From positions 630,001 through 662,000 of the forward strand of contig NZ_LT549890.1 in assembly GCF_900079115.1 (NCBI RefSeq): a DNA stretch of 32,000 nucleotides, in the 5' to 3' direction. The notes below the pieces were generated by a model, which saw nothing but the letters and a program-made list of their open reading frames with translations, had not been told where the DNA came from and made no database searches. Of this stretch, positions 20,292-28,344 are shown in pieces; positions within the stretch are counted from its first letter, which is position 1, and each line of letters begins with the position of its first letter. This DNA comes from Saccharolobus solfataricus (GTDB taxonomy: Archaea; Thermoproteota; Thermoprotei_A; Sulfolobales; Sulfolobaceae). The position numbers and the translations under genes are program-made.

Positions 20292-21497
20292 ATGATTACC
20301 ATTGGAATTATAGGAAAGACCAATGTGGGTAAAAGTACGTTTTTTGCAGCAGCAACGCTAAAAGATGTGGAAATAGCTAATAGACCATTTGTAACTATAA
20401 ATCCAAATGAAGGCATAGGATATGTAAAAGTAAAATGCGCTCATACTGAATTCAATGTGAAGTGTAATCCAAAAAATTCTATATGTATTGAAGATTACAG
20501 ATTCATACCAGTAAAACTAGTAGATGTAGCTGGATTAATACCTGGCGCTCATGAAGGAAGAGGATTAGGAAATAAATTCTTGGATGATTTACGTCAAGCT
20601 GATGCACTAATACACGTAATCGACGCAAGTGGGTCCACAAATGAAGAGGGCGTCCCAGTAGAGCCCGGATCTAGAGACCCTGAAGAGGATATAAAATTTA
20701 TAGAAAGTGAGCTAGATGAATGGTTTTATTCAATTATTAATAAAGATTGGGCTAAATTTGCCAGAACATCAGATTTATCTGGAAAAGATCTAGTAGACGC
20801 GTTATTAAGCAAACTATCCGGAGTATCTGTAAATAGATCACACATTATTGAGACTTTAAAAGTTACAAAATTGGAAAACCTAAAATTAATGCAGTGGACG
20901 GAACAAGATCTAAGAGTATTTGCTAAAACTTTACGATCAGTAAGTAAACCTATGATAATTGCTGCGAACAAGAGCGATCTACCGCAAGCTAGAAATAACA
21001 TTAGGAGATTAAAAGAGAAATACAAGTGGGCTATTCCAACTAGTGCAGCATCAGAAATGGCTCTACGGAAAGCCGCAAAAGCTGGAATAATATCTTACAT
21101 TCCCGGAGATAGTGATTTTACCATACTTAAACCATTAAACGAGAAACAAAAGAGCGCTCTAGAATATATTAGAACTAGTGTACTACAAGTATATGGAAGC
21201 ACTGGAGTTCAGCAAGCAATAAATACAGCAATCTTTGATGCGTTAAACATGATTGTAACATATCCAGTTGAAGATGAGAGAAAACTAACTGACAAAAATG
21301 GAAATGTTTTGCCAGACGCAATACTCTTAAAGAAAGGGTCTACTCCAAAAGATTTAGCTAATGCCATACATACGGAACTAGCTAAAGGTTTCTTATACGC
21401 TATTGATGTGAAAAGAAAAATGAGAGTGGGAGAGAATTATCAACTACAGAATAATGATGTAATAAAGATTGTTTCAAGTACCGCTAGACCTTCTTAG
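20292..21497 (+). CDS. Obg-family GTPase (YchF/Ygr210-like) with C-terminal TGS domain
   Basis: G1 is GIIGKTNVGKSTFF, G3 is DVAGLIPGAHEGRGLGNKFL, G4 is AANKSD, and the C terminus is TGS-like (NDVIKIVS). I prefer the ATG at 20292 (MITIGIIGK...) to the ORF-track GTG at 20271. Confidence 0.8.
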   Translation: MITIGIIGKTNVGKSTFFAAATLKDVEIANRPFVTINPNEGIGYVKVKCAHTEFNVKCNPKNSICIEDYRFIPVKLVDVAGLIPGAHEGRGLGNKFLDDLRQADALIHVIDASGSTNEEGVPVEPGSRDPEEDIKFIESELDEWFYSIINKDWAKFARTSDLSGKDLVDALLSKLSGVSVNRSHIIETLKVTKLENLKLMQWTEQDLRVFAKTLRSVSKPMIIAANKSDLPQARNNIRRLKEKYKWAIPTSAASEMALRKAAKAGIISYIPGDSDFTILKPLNEKQKSALEYIRTSVLQVYGSTGVQQAINTAIFDALNMIVTYPVEDERKLTDKNGNVLPDAILLKKGSTPKDLANAIHTELAKGFLYAIDVKRKMRVGENYQLQNNDVIKIVSSTARPS

Positions 21498-22697
21498 GTA
21501 ATATGGAACATATTTCTCTCCTTTCTCAACATCTCTATCAACAACAGCTCCTGGATAAATCCAAGCATATGCACCAATCTTTACCCCAGGCAATATTGAT
21601 ACATTAATCCCAGTTCTTACATGGGCACCTACTATTGCACCTAATTTCTTTCTACCACTGCTTACCCTTTCGTTTTTTATATTAACCTTAACTTCCTCTT
21701 CATCAAACCGCAAATTCGCGGTTATAGTTCCAGCTCCAAAATTTACACCCTCACAGATTACACTGTCTCCGACATAACTTAAATGCGGAATCTTTGCGTT
21801 TTCCATTATCACGCTTTCCTTTATCTCGTTAAACGCACCAACCTTAACGTTACTTCCTATCACACTATATGGCCTTATATACGCATTAGGTCCGATAACA
21901 GAATTTTTACCTATATAAACGGGACCCTCTATATAGGTACCAGATTTTATTATAACCCCATCTTCAATAACTACTTTACCTTTGATTTTAACATTTTCTT
22001 CGATTACACCTAGATTTCGATCCTTCTCCTTATCTAAAAGTACCTTATTAGCTTCTATTAAATCCCAAGGCCTTCCTATATCTAACCATATTCCATTGTA
22101 CGTAACTACCTTAACCTTATTTCCGATAAGATTTACAGCATCTGTAAGCTCAAATTCACCTCTACTTGATAAACTTATTTTATCAATATATGAGAAAATA
22201 TCATAGGTAAACTTATAGATACCTGCGTTAATTATATTTGACGGAGGATTCTCAGGCTTTTCGACTATTCTCACTAATCTATTTTCTGAGTCTTTCACTA
22301 TAACTCCAAATTTTCTAGGATCTTCAGACTCTCTAGCTAGAATTGCCTCCCCCTCAGTATTTACTATTTTATCCAATGCATCTTCTTCAAAAAGAAGGTC
22401 TCCGTAAATTACTAAAAATTCTTCATCTCCCTCAAGATATTTCTCGGCTGCTCGTAAAGCTGCAGCGGTACCTTTTCCTTCAGTCTGTTCAACTAGACTA
22501 ACTCCTTCAATAGTTTTGAAATAATCCTTATGGTTAGAGTTTATTACAATTATAATCTTATTTATATATTTCTTTAATATCCGAATATGCCTTAAAATTA
22601 AGGGAGTTTCAAGAACAGGAACAAAAGGTTTAGGTCTTGTATGGGTTATTGGTTCTAATCTCTCTCCTTTACCCGCTGCTAACACTACTGCTTTCAA
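21474..22697 (-). CDS. Bifunctional sugar-1-phosphate nucleotidylyltransferase/acetyltransferase (GlmU-like; ST0452 family)
   Basis: 407 aa. The N-terminal nucleotidyltransferase motif is MKAVVLAAGKGERLEPITHTRPKPFVP, followed by C-terminal left-handed beta-helix hexapeptide repeats. It closely resembles my recollection of S. tokodaii ST0452. Start codon is TTG. Confidence 0.85.
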   Translation of the reverse strand: MKAVVLAAGKGERLEPITHTRPKPFVPVLETPLILRHIRILKKYINKIIIVINSNHKDYFKTIEGVSLVEQTEGKGTAAALRAAEKYLEGDEEFLVIYGDLLFEEDALDKIVNTEGEAILARESEDPRKFGVIVKDSENRLVRIVEKPENPPSNIINAGIYKFTYDIFSYIDKISLSSRGEFELTDAVNLIGNKVKVVTYNGIWLDIGRPWDLIEANKVLLDKEKDRNLGVIEENVKIKGKVVIEDGVIIKSGTYIEGPVYIGKNSVIGPNAYIRPYSVIGSNVKVGAFNEIKESVIMENAKIPHLSYVGDSVICEGVNFGAGTITANLRFDEEEVKVNIKNERVSSGRKKLGAIVGAHVRTGINVSILPGVKIGAYAWIYPGAVVDRDVEKGEKYVPYYLRRSSGT

Positions 22698-23295
22698 CTT
22701 GTTTACCTAAATTTTCTGGTACTTTAAGCACTTTAGTTTTTTCTATCTCAGCCTTCCTTAGTGGATATATCTTCTTTGCTGCTTCAAATATTTCGTTAGC
22801 TAATCTCCCAAATACTACCTCTTGCGTAAAATCATCGAAAGAAAGTTCACTGGCTTTTTTAGATACGGTCTCATTAATTATTTTTCTAATCGCTGTTTTT
22901 TGGGATTGATGGCATTTATACGTAGTCAGAACTAATCCCTTAACCCTTACCACATAACCATCCTTAGTAGTAACATCGAATATACTATTTATTTTAGAAC
23001 TTTTTCTCCTAATTAAAGATCTTAAGTAATCCCTTGAGAGTTCATGCCCTACAAATCTTGTAATTAATCTATCCCCTTCATTACCTATAATTTTAAAATA
23101 TAAGTGGACATAAACTTGGCTGAAATCACCAGTGAGATCGTATAGAGTCGTCTCAACTCTTCTTCCTATAGTTTGAGTTATGTCGTAGGCTGGGGTAGAG
23201 CCTAGCGAAACCTCTCCAAAGGCTTTAGGCGTTATTACGCTGTACCATTTCTTCATTTTCCACTTATCCTTAATTGCTCCTCCTTTAGCTGACAT
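22669..23295 (-). CDS. rps3ae: 30S ribosomal protein eS1 (S3Ae)
   Basis: 208 aa: KDKWKMKKWYSVITPKAFGEVSLGSTP... Confidence 0.9.
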   Translation of the reverse strand: MSAKGGAIKDKWKMKKWYSVITPKAFGEVSLGSTPAYDITQTIGRRVETTLYDLTGDFSQVYVHLYFKIIGNEGDRLITRFVGHELSRDYLRSLIRRKSSKINSIFDVTTKDGYVVRVKGLVLTTYKCHQSQKTAIRKIINETVSKKASELSFDDFTQEVVFGRLANEIFEAAKKIYPLRKAEIEKTKVLKVPENLGKQVESSSVSSG

Positions 23296-23998
23296 TATTC
23301 ATCTCCTTTTCATTGTGGATTATTCTGGTATAAAGTTTTCTCAAAAAGTGCACGATGACCCTAGCCTCTTCCTCGTCCTTTACTCCCTTTATTATTGCGC
23401 GCTTTAGTGCTATATACATCTTATAATCATCATCAGACCTTTTAAGCAATTTATAAAGGATTTCAGTATATTTATCTATTAATTTTATGGATTGATCTGA
23501 AATTGTAGAAGTCTGAGGATTGGTCAATAATTCTCTATTTTTCCAAATTTCATATAATACTATGCCGACAGCATGTGAAAGATTAAGAACCGGATAACTA
23601 GGATTAGCTGGAATATAAAGAAGAAAATCGCATTTGAATATTTCTTCCCTAGTTAAACCAACGCTCTCTCTACCGAAAATTAATGCGATCTTCTTACCTT
23701 GAATTAAAGGCAATATTTCCCAAGGTCTTATGGACTTCCTTAAAATATCTCCATTATTATCTGCTATACTAGAAGTAGCTATCTTAATATCAACATCATT
23801 TATAGCTTTATCAAAAGTATTCACAATTTTAGCTTTCTCTAAGATCTCTCTCCCGCCAGCGGAAAACCTAAAAGCTTCGGAAATGTTAGCCCTTGGATTA
23901 ACTATATAAAGTTCATCAACCAAAAAATTTTTACATAATCTAGCAACAAAACCAATATTGTATTCACCCTCAGGCTCCACTAATACTACCCTTATCAT
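23285..23998 (-). CDS. trmJ: SpoU/TrmJ-type tRNA/rRNA 2'-O-ribose methyltransferase
   Basis: 237 aa. SPOUT motifs: VLVEPEGEYNIGFVARLCKNF, LIFGRESVGLTREE, IPANPSYPVLNLSHAVGIVLYE. Confidence 0.75.
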   Translation of the reverse strand: MIRVVLVEPEGEYNIGFVARLCKNFLVDELYIVNPRANISEAFRFSAGGREILEKAKIVNTFDKAINDVDIKIATSSIADNNGDILRKSIRPWEILPLIQGKKIALIFGRESVGLTREEIFKCDFLLYIPANPSYPVLNLSHAVGIVLYEIWKNRELLTNPQTSTISDQSIKLIDKYTEILYKLLKRSDDDYKMYIALKRAIIKGVKDEEEARVIVHFLRKLYTRIIHNEKEMNNVS

Positions 23999-24593
23999 AC
24001 TCCTTCACCAACTCTAATCCTATAAGTCTCTCATAACCGATAACCTTCTCGTACTTCTGTGAAATTTTGAATCTCCACTTATTAATAGCATATACTATCT
24101 TCTCTTCATCACTTAAAGAAGAATACAGAGTATAAATTCTATTAGCTTTTACAGTTTTCAAAAAATCAATAAGAACTTTACTTCCATCATTTCCACCAGA
24201 CCAGCTATACTCTATCCACTCATTATATTCCTCCACTGGTAAATAGGGAGGATTAAAAATAGCTACATCGAAATCATATTTTCTGAGACAAGACAACAAA
24301 TCGCAATTAAGAACACCGTAATAGTTTGGAGTATTATATAAATTATTAACTTTTAAGGAGCATAATGTAGATAATGTTGCATATGGATTTATATCAACAA
24401 ACACTACCTTTCCTCCCATCATTAGAGACCATATTCCTAAAATCCCAGAACCAGATCCCATATCTAAGACCTTATCTCCTTTACCTACTCTGAGTAAGCT
24501 AAGGAGAATATCAGTATCGTCAGAAGGTTCGTATGTCTGATCATTTAAACATAATCTTATCCCACGGAATTCAATAATTCTAACACTTGCCAA
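23970..24593 (-). CDS. HemK/Mtq2-like N5-glutamine (NPPY) methyltransferase
   Basis: 207 aa. The SAM motif is VLDMGSGSGILG and the catalytic motif is IFNPPYLP. The N-terminal YEPSDDTDILL is typical of Mtq2/PrmC. Start codon is TTG, overlapping ksgA by 37 nt. Confidence 0.75.
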   Translation of the reverse strand: MASVRIIEFRGIRLCLNDQTYEPSDDTDILLSLLRVGKGDKVLDMGSGSGILGIWSLMMGGKVVFVDINPYATLSTLCSLKVNNLYNTPNYYGVLNCDLLSCLRKYDFDVAIFNPPYLPVEEYNEWIEYSWSGGNDGSKVLIDFLKTVKANRIYTLYSSLSDEEKIVYAINKWRFKISQKYEKVIGYERLIGLELVKEYDKGSISGA

Positions 24594-25201
24594 GGTTTAA
24601 ATTCCCTCACCTTTAAGTCGTTATTAGAACTAAAACCACACAACTTGGAGGCCTTTCTTAGGGTTTTATTCCTATATCTACTAATACACGAAAGTATGCT
24701 ATCAACCTCCTTATCATATTCTCTTATCCTATTAAAAATTGTAATAATCGAATAGACTTTCGGACGAGGACTGAAACAACTTGGCGGAATTATGTCTTTG
24801 ATTTGTATATTATAAATGTAGTTAAGCAAAAAAGAAATATAGGTAGAATCGTTAAAAATCTTATCTACAAAATCTTTTTGCAAAATTAATGTAAGTTTAC
24901 GTATATTATTAAGTTTAATCACTTCTTTGAAAAAATCTGAAGTTATCTGATAAGGTAGAGAAGAAACTAATTGTCCCCTTAATACTGGTAAATATCTTGC
25001 ATCAGCTATTACAAGATTGAAGTTTTTCAAATACTCTATCATTTTATCATCCAATTCGATACAAATATCCGGTTCTAAAAACCTTGTAATATTTCCCTTT
25101 CCACAGCCAATCTCTAAAATGGGCCTAATCCCATTATCCACATATGAAATAAACTTCCGTATAAAATTCTCATCAATAAGAAAAACTTGTGAAAGCCTTA
25201 C
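24557..25201 (-). CDS. ksgA: 16S rRNA dimethyladenosine transferase KsgA/Dim1 (RsmA); start codon non-canonical or uncertain
   Basis: The SAM motif is ILEIGCGKGNIT and motif IV is SLPY. The conserved N-terminal block RLSQVFLIDENFIRKF (compare M. jannaschii KKKLGQCFLIDKNFVNK) lies upstream of the ORF-track GTG (25141). It sits in an open frame bounded by TGA 25213-25211 that contains no ATG, GTG or TTG. The end coordinate is set at GTA 25201, which overlaps the DUF655 stop (GTAA). Confidence 0.8.
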   Translation of the reverse strand, partial: VRLSQVFLIDENFIRKFISYVDNGIRPILEIGCGKGNITRFLEPDICIELDDKMIEYLKNFNLVIADARYLPVLRGQLVSSLPYQITSDFFKEVIKLNNIRKLTLILQKDFVDKIFNDSTYISFLLNYIYNIQIKDIIPPSCFSPRPKVYSIITIFNRIREYDKEVDSILSCISRYRNKTLRKASKLCGFSSNNDLKVREFKPWQVLELLNSVG

Positions 25202-25824
25202 TTTAGCTTTTCAATATAGCCCACATAAATGAATTGCTGCTCCAATCTTTTATTTTCATCTGGTATAAGAGGGTATACAAACAGATAGTATTTCTCTCCA
25301 CCTTGCATCTCCTTTATTATCCTCTCTACTAGTATTGAAGCTACATCCTTAACACCTATTCGGGATTCTATATCTTTAAAACTCTCAAAGGGTTTTTTCT
25401 TTCTCTCCTCCAAAATTATCCTTAAAGTCTTTTTACCAATATTTGGCAGTAACTCTAATGCATGAAGCCTTAACGTTAATGGCTCAGCTTTATTAAAAAT
25501 CTCTACGAAAACTTTTTCTTTCTCGAAAACAATTTTATATAAAATCTTAGGTAAATTATCCCTAGATACTGATGTAAGGTCTTCGTAAGAAATATGAGCG
25601 TCTACTTTAACGCTGGAATTTGAGTCTAACTCTATCTTATCCTCCGGAAGGAAATCTAAATTATAAGATAAGGGAGTTAGTTCAAGCAACAAGAAATAAT
25701 CTTCACCTACGGCTTGAATGAGAGGCTTATCCCTATGAAACTTATGCTTATCTAATGGATTACCCTCTCTCATATAATCTAAAACATAAACTACTCGCTC
25801 TCTTACTATCCTTTTTCTTTGCAA
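25198..25824 (-). CDS. DUF655/COG1491 predicted RNA-binding protein (conserved partner of RpoF and KsgA)
   Basis: 208 aa. There is an HhH-like segment (LHALELLPNIGKKTLRIILEER), and the rpl21e-rpoF-DUF655-ksgA context is conserved across archaea. Start codon is TTG. Confidence 0.65.
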   Translation of the reverse strand: MQRKRIVRERVVYVLDYMREGNPLDKHKFHRDKPLIQAVGEDYFLLLELTPLSYNLDFLPEDKIELDSNSSVKVDAHISYEDLTSVSRDNLPKILYKIVFEKEKVFVEIFNKAEPLTLRLHALELLPNIGKKTLRIILEERKKKPFESFKDIESRIGVKDVASILVERIIKEMQGGEKYYLFVYPLIPDENKRLEQQFIYVGYIEKLK

Positions 25825-25865
25825 TTCTACTTCCCTAAGTAGTAATAGATTCTAAAAGTAAAAAC

Positions 25866-26207
25866 TCAACTCTTGATGTATTTCCTAATTATATCAATTA
25901 TTTTTTGTATATCCTCAGAAGTATATGTCTTATTAGTATCCATTACTAAAATACTCCTTACCTCATCAGATGTAGTAGGACAGATACTAGCTAGAATAGC
26001 TCTAACATCTTCTCTACTTACGATATTACTTAATTCTTCAATAACCTTCTGAGCAGACTCCGCATCACATTTCTCCACACTATTTAAATAATCATAAGTC
26101 CTTTGCAATAAATTAGACGAACCTCCAGATCTAATTACATCAGTTAGTAATTTTTTCGCTACTGAATAAGGAATATAATGCTCCTCAACTATATATACAG
26201 ATGACAA
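25866..26207 (-). CDS. rpoF: DNA-directed RNA polymerase subunit F (Rpo4, Rpb4 homologue)
   Basis: 113 aa, helical. The size and the position after L21e match Sulfolobus RpoF. Confidence 0.75.
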   Translation of the reverse strand: MSSVYIVEEHYIPYSVAKKLLTDVIRSGGSSNLLQRTYDYLNSVEKCDAESAQKVIEELSNIVSREDVRAILASICPTTSDEVRSILVMDTNKTYTSEDIQKIIDIIRKYIKS

Positions 26208-26214
26208 ATACTAA

Positions 26215-26520
26215 TCACCCACTTGAATTAAAAGGAACTAAATGTTCCGGCCTAACAATTATCACCTTTTCCTTATCACCCAATGTAACCGAAACTAAAT
26301 ATGCTCTACCTCTTTTTCCAATAATCTTCCCTACTTTACCTTGATAACGCCTATGAGGCATACCTTGATGTACTGATGGATTTATCTTTACCACTACATT
26401 ATCACCTTCCTTATATTCAACCATTAGCTTGCTTAGAGATGGAACTGCACCCCTTTCTCTAGGACTCTTTCTTAGTAGACTCCTTGACCTAGTCCGATAA
26501 CCCTTCGAATGTTTAACCAT
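26215..26520 (-). CDS. rpl21e: 50S ribosomal protein eL21 (L21e)
   Basis: 101 aa: MVKHSKGYRTRSRSLLRKSPRERG...HRRYQGKVGKI. Confidence 0.92.
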   Translation of the reverse strand: MVKHSKGYRTRSRSLLRKSPRERGAVPSLSKLMVEYKEGDNVVVKINPSVHQGMPHRRYQGKVGKIIGKRGRAYLVSVTLGDKEKVIIVRPEHLVPFNSSG

Positions 26521-26609
26521 AATATTCCCTCATACTCATTATATACCACATAATTAAGATTTTTGTTGGAAAAACATATAAGGTAAAACTGAACTCAGTA
26601 TAATAGATT

Positions 26610-26709
26610 GCGGGGGTGCCCGAGCCTGGTCAAAGGGGGCGGACTTAAGACCCCCAAGTAAGAGATCCGCTGGCGAAGGCCTGCACGGGTTCAAATCCCG
26701 TCCCCCGCA
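26610..26709 (+). tRNA. tRNA-Leu(UAA) with a 15-nt intron at the canonical 37/38 position
   Basis: Folded by hand. The acceptor is GCGGGGG/CCCCCGC with discriminator A, and U8, A14 and G18G19 are present. The anticodon stem is GCGGA/TCCGC and the loop is CTTAAG[ACCCCCAAGTAAGAG]A (intron 26650-26664). It has a long variable arm and a T arm ACGGG-TTCAAAT-CCCGT. No CCA is encoded. Confidence 0.9.
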
Positions 26710-26763
26710 TGATAGTTCTATTCGTTCAATTTTTGGAAAAAGAGTAAATTAATACTACAAAAA

Positions 26764-27033
26764 TTAACACGAAATCCCATGATTTGACAAGTAATTCGTG
26801 ACCTCTTGTAGTAAATAATCCTTTAACTCGTTGGGACTCCAATCTGGATTTGCAAGTGGTAAAACGTCATTCAGATAATCCCTTACCATTTGCTCATACA
26901 TTGTCTTCTGATTCCTAGTTAAACCGGGATAAGCTTCAATGCAGTCATTTATTGTAGATAAAACCTTATTATACACGTTTTGTAATTCCCTAGCCCTCTC
27001 CTCAGCTTGCCTATAACCCTCTTCATAAGACAC
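26764..27033 (-). CDS. Hypothetical protein, 89 aa, acidic and helical; third gene of the orphan operon
   Basis: ORF with a GTG start 6 nt after the stop of the preceding gene. No motif recognised. Confidence 0.55.
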   Translation of the reverse strand: MSYEEGYRQAEERARELQNVYNKVLSTINDCIEAYPGLTRNQKTMYEQMVRDYLNDVLPLANPDWSPNELKDYLLQEVTNYLSNHGISC

Positions 27034-27039
27034 TTCAGA

Positions 27040-27456
27040 CTAATCAATGGCAAGTACAGCTAACTCAGCAATGGCTAATGGAAAAACTGCAGAAATCCCA
27101 GCAATAGCCTTTTTCTCCTTATTAAGGGCATCTATTATCACGCCAAATCCCTTGCTTATGTTCAGCTCCTTAGTGTAATTTGCGATACCAGCTGTAGTTA
27201 AATCAGTGGGAGGCTTAATAACGTCCAAAAAGACGAATTCTACTGGATATTGCAAATTATTACCAAGTGGCACATTAATAGCTCTTGTCGAGAAGGATTT
27301 GATTAGTCCCACTAATCCAAATTCTGAACAATAGGTCGCACAGAATTGTCTACTGAACAATGGAGCACCGATATCAATATCATTAAACTTGAAATCGAGA
27401 GTAAACGGTTGAAATACAGTTCCTACTACAATTCTTGTACAATACTCACTAGGCAT
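27040..27456 (-). CDS. Hypothetical protein, 138 aa, with C-terminal hydrophobic anchor-like segment (AIAGISAVFPLAIAELAVLAI)
   Basis: ORF with an ATG 3 nt after the stop of the preceding gene. No motif recognised. Confidence 0.55.
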   Translation of the reverse strand: MPSEYCTRIVVGTVFQPFTLDFKFNDIDIGAPLFSRQFCATYCSEFGLVGLIKSFSTRAINVPLGNNLQYPVEFVFLDVIKPPTDLTTAGIANYTKELNISKGFGVIIDALNKEKKAIAGISAVFPLAIAELAVLAID

Positions 27457-27459
27457 GAT

Positions 27460-28200
27460 TTAATTACAATTATTTAGGACCACATCAATTGGACCATTAA
27501 CCGTAACTGCAAGATAATTTGATAAACCTAACCCACTAGCTACTTGCTTAAATGAGGCCAAAGCCAGATAGATGAAAGGATATTGATCAGAAATAGTACG
27601 AAGTTCATCAGAACTCTTTGCTCCTAACGAACTCCCTATGAGCGTTTTTGAAACATAATAACTACCACTACTACCGGGATAGACTAAATCATCTATACTT
27701 CTTGGAGAAGAAAGCGTTATTTCTGATGCTAAACTTGCAATTGCAACCACTAAAGCAACACCTACTGTAGTTATGTAATCCCAAATTGCACCAAGTAGAC
27801 CTTGGCAAGATTTAAACCTAGCTGGATTGTACCATTCGATCTGTGCTGATACCCTTTTTAACGGTATAATTCCAATTTCTCCATTACTTATAAAAATATC
27901 CCTAGCCTTAGCAGGCAATTTTACTAAACCCCTAAACGCCGCACCACCTTGATATACTGCAATATTACTACCACCTATCCACACTGGTGATATTCCTCCA
28001 ATGTAATAATATTCTCCAGTATCCTCAGTCCTAATCACAATGCCTTGTCTAAAAATCTTAGTTTTCAATTCATAAGCACTTGAACTGTTTGACACGGCAA
28101 CAGCTAATATTCTTTCAGCAACAGCTATGGCAGGGTAAATCTCATACATCTTTTTGTTACCCTCTCTTTTATATTTATAATACTCTTTCAGTGAAATCAT
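27460..28200 (-). CDS. Hypothetical protein, at least 246 aa, Gly/Ser/Tyr-rich with an internal TM-like segment (LLGAIWDYITTVGVALVVAIASLA); the frame stays open for 42 more codons upstream (to 28326)
   Basis: First gene of a three-gene minus-strand operon. The upstream in-frame extension encodes PVKFHIAIGTAARISLSSILSTIGGIIGAIGASLDIAQQQCE without any ATG, GTG or TTG. Confidence 0.6.
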   Translation of the reverse strand: MISLKEYYKYKREGNKKMYEIYPAIAVAERILAVAVSNSSSAYELKTKIFRQGIVIRTEDTGEYYYIGGISPVWIGGSNIAVYQGGAAFRGLVKLPAKARDIFISNGEIGIIPLKRVSAQIEWYNPARFKSCQGLLGAIWDYITTVGVALVVAIASLASEITLSSPRSIDDLVYPGSSGSYYVSKTLIGSSLGAKSSDELRTISDQYPFIYLALASFKQVASGLGLSNYLAVTVNGPIDVVLNNCN

Positions 28201-28330
28201 CTCACACTGTTGCTGTGCTATGTCTAATGAAGCACCTATTGCTCCAATAATCCCGCCTATTGTACTTAAGATTGAACTTAGAGATATTCTGGCCGCAGTT
28301 CCTATAGCTATATGAAATTTAACTGGTCAA

Positions 28331-28344
28331 TGTTTAAATATTTT
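28331..28344 (-). promoter_or_regulatory. TATA box candidate for the orphan operon (AAAATATTTAAACA)
   Basis: Centred at ~28337, which predicts a TSS near 28311. That coincides with an in-frame ATA codon (28311-28309) of the extended frame. Confidence 0.35.

Noticed and set aside
20726-22909. Antisense ORFs 20726-21025, 21783-22013, 21982-22206 and 22637-22909
   Set aside because: Each lies within the GTPase, the GlmU-like gene or S3Ae on the opposite strand, with low-complexity translations.
24106-24112. Additional C-box-like heptamers: GTGATGA on the minus strand at 24106-24112, ATGATGA on the minus strand at 10635-10641, and ATGATGA on the plus strand at 9204-9210
   Set aside because: All lie within coding sequence, and none has a CTGA D box 40-70 nt downstream on the same strand. 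They are chance matches.
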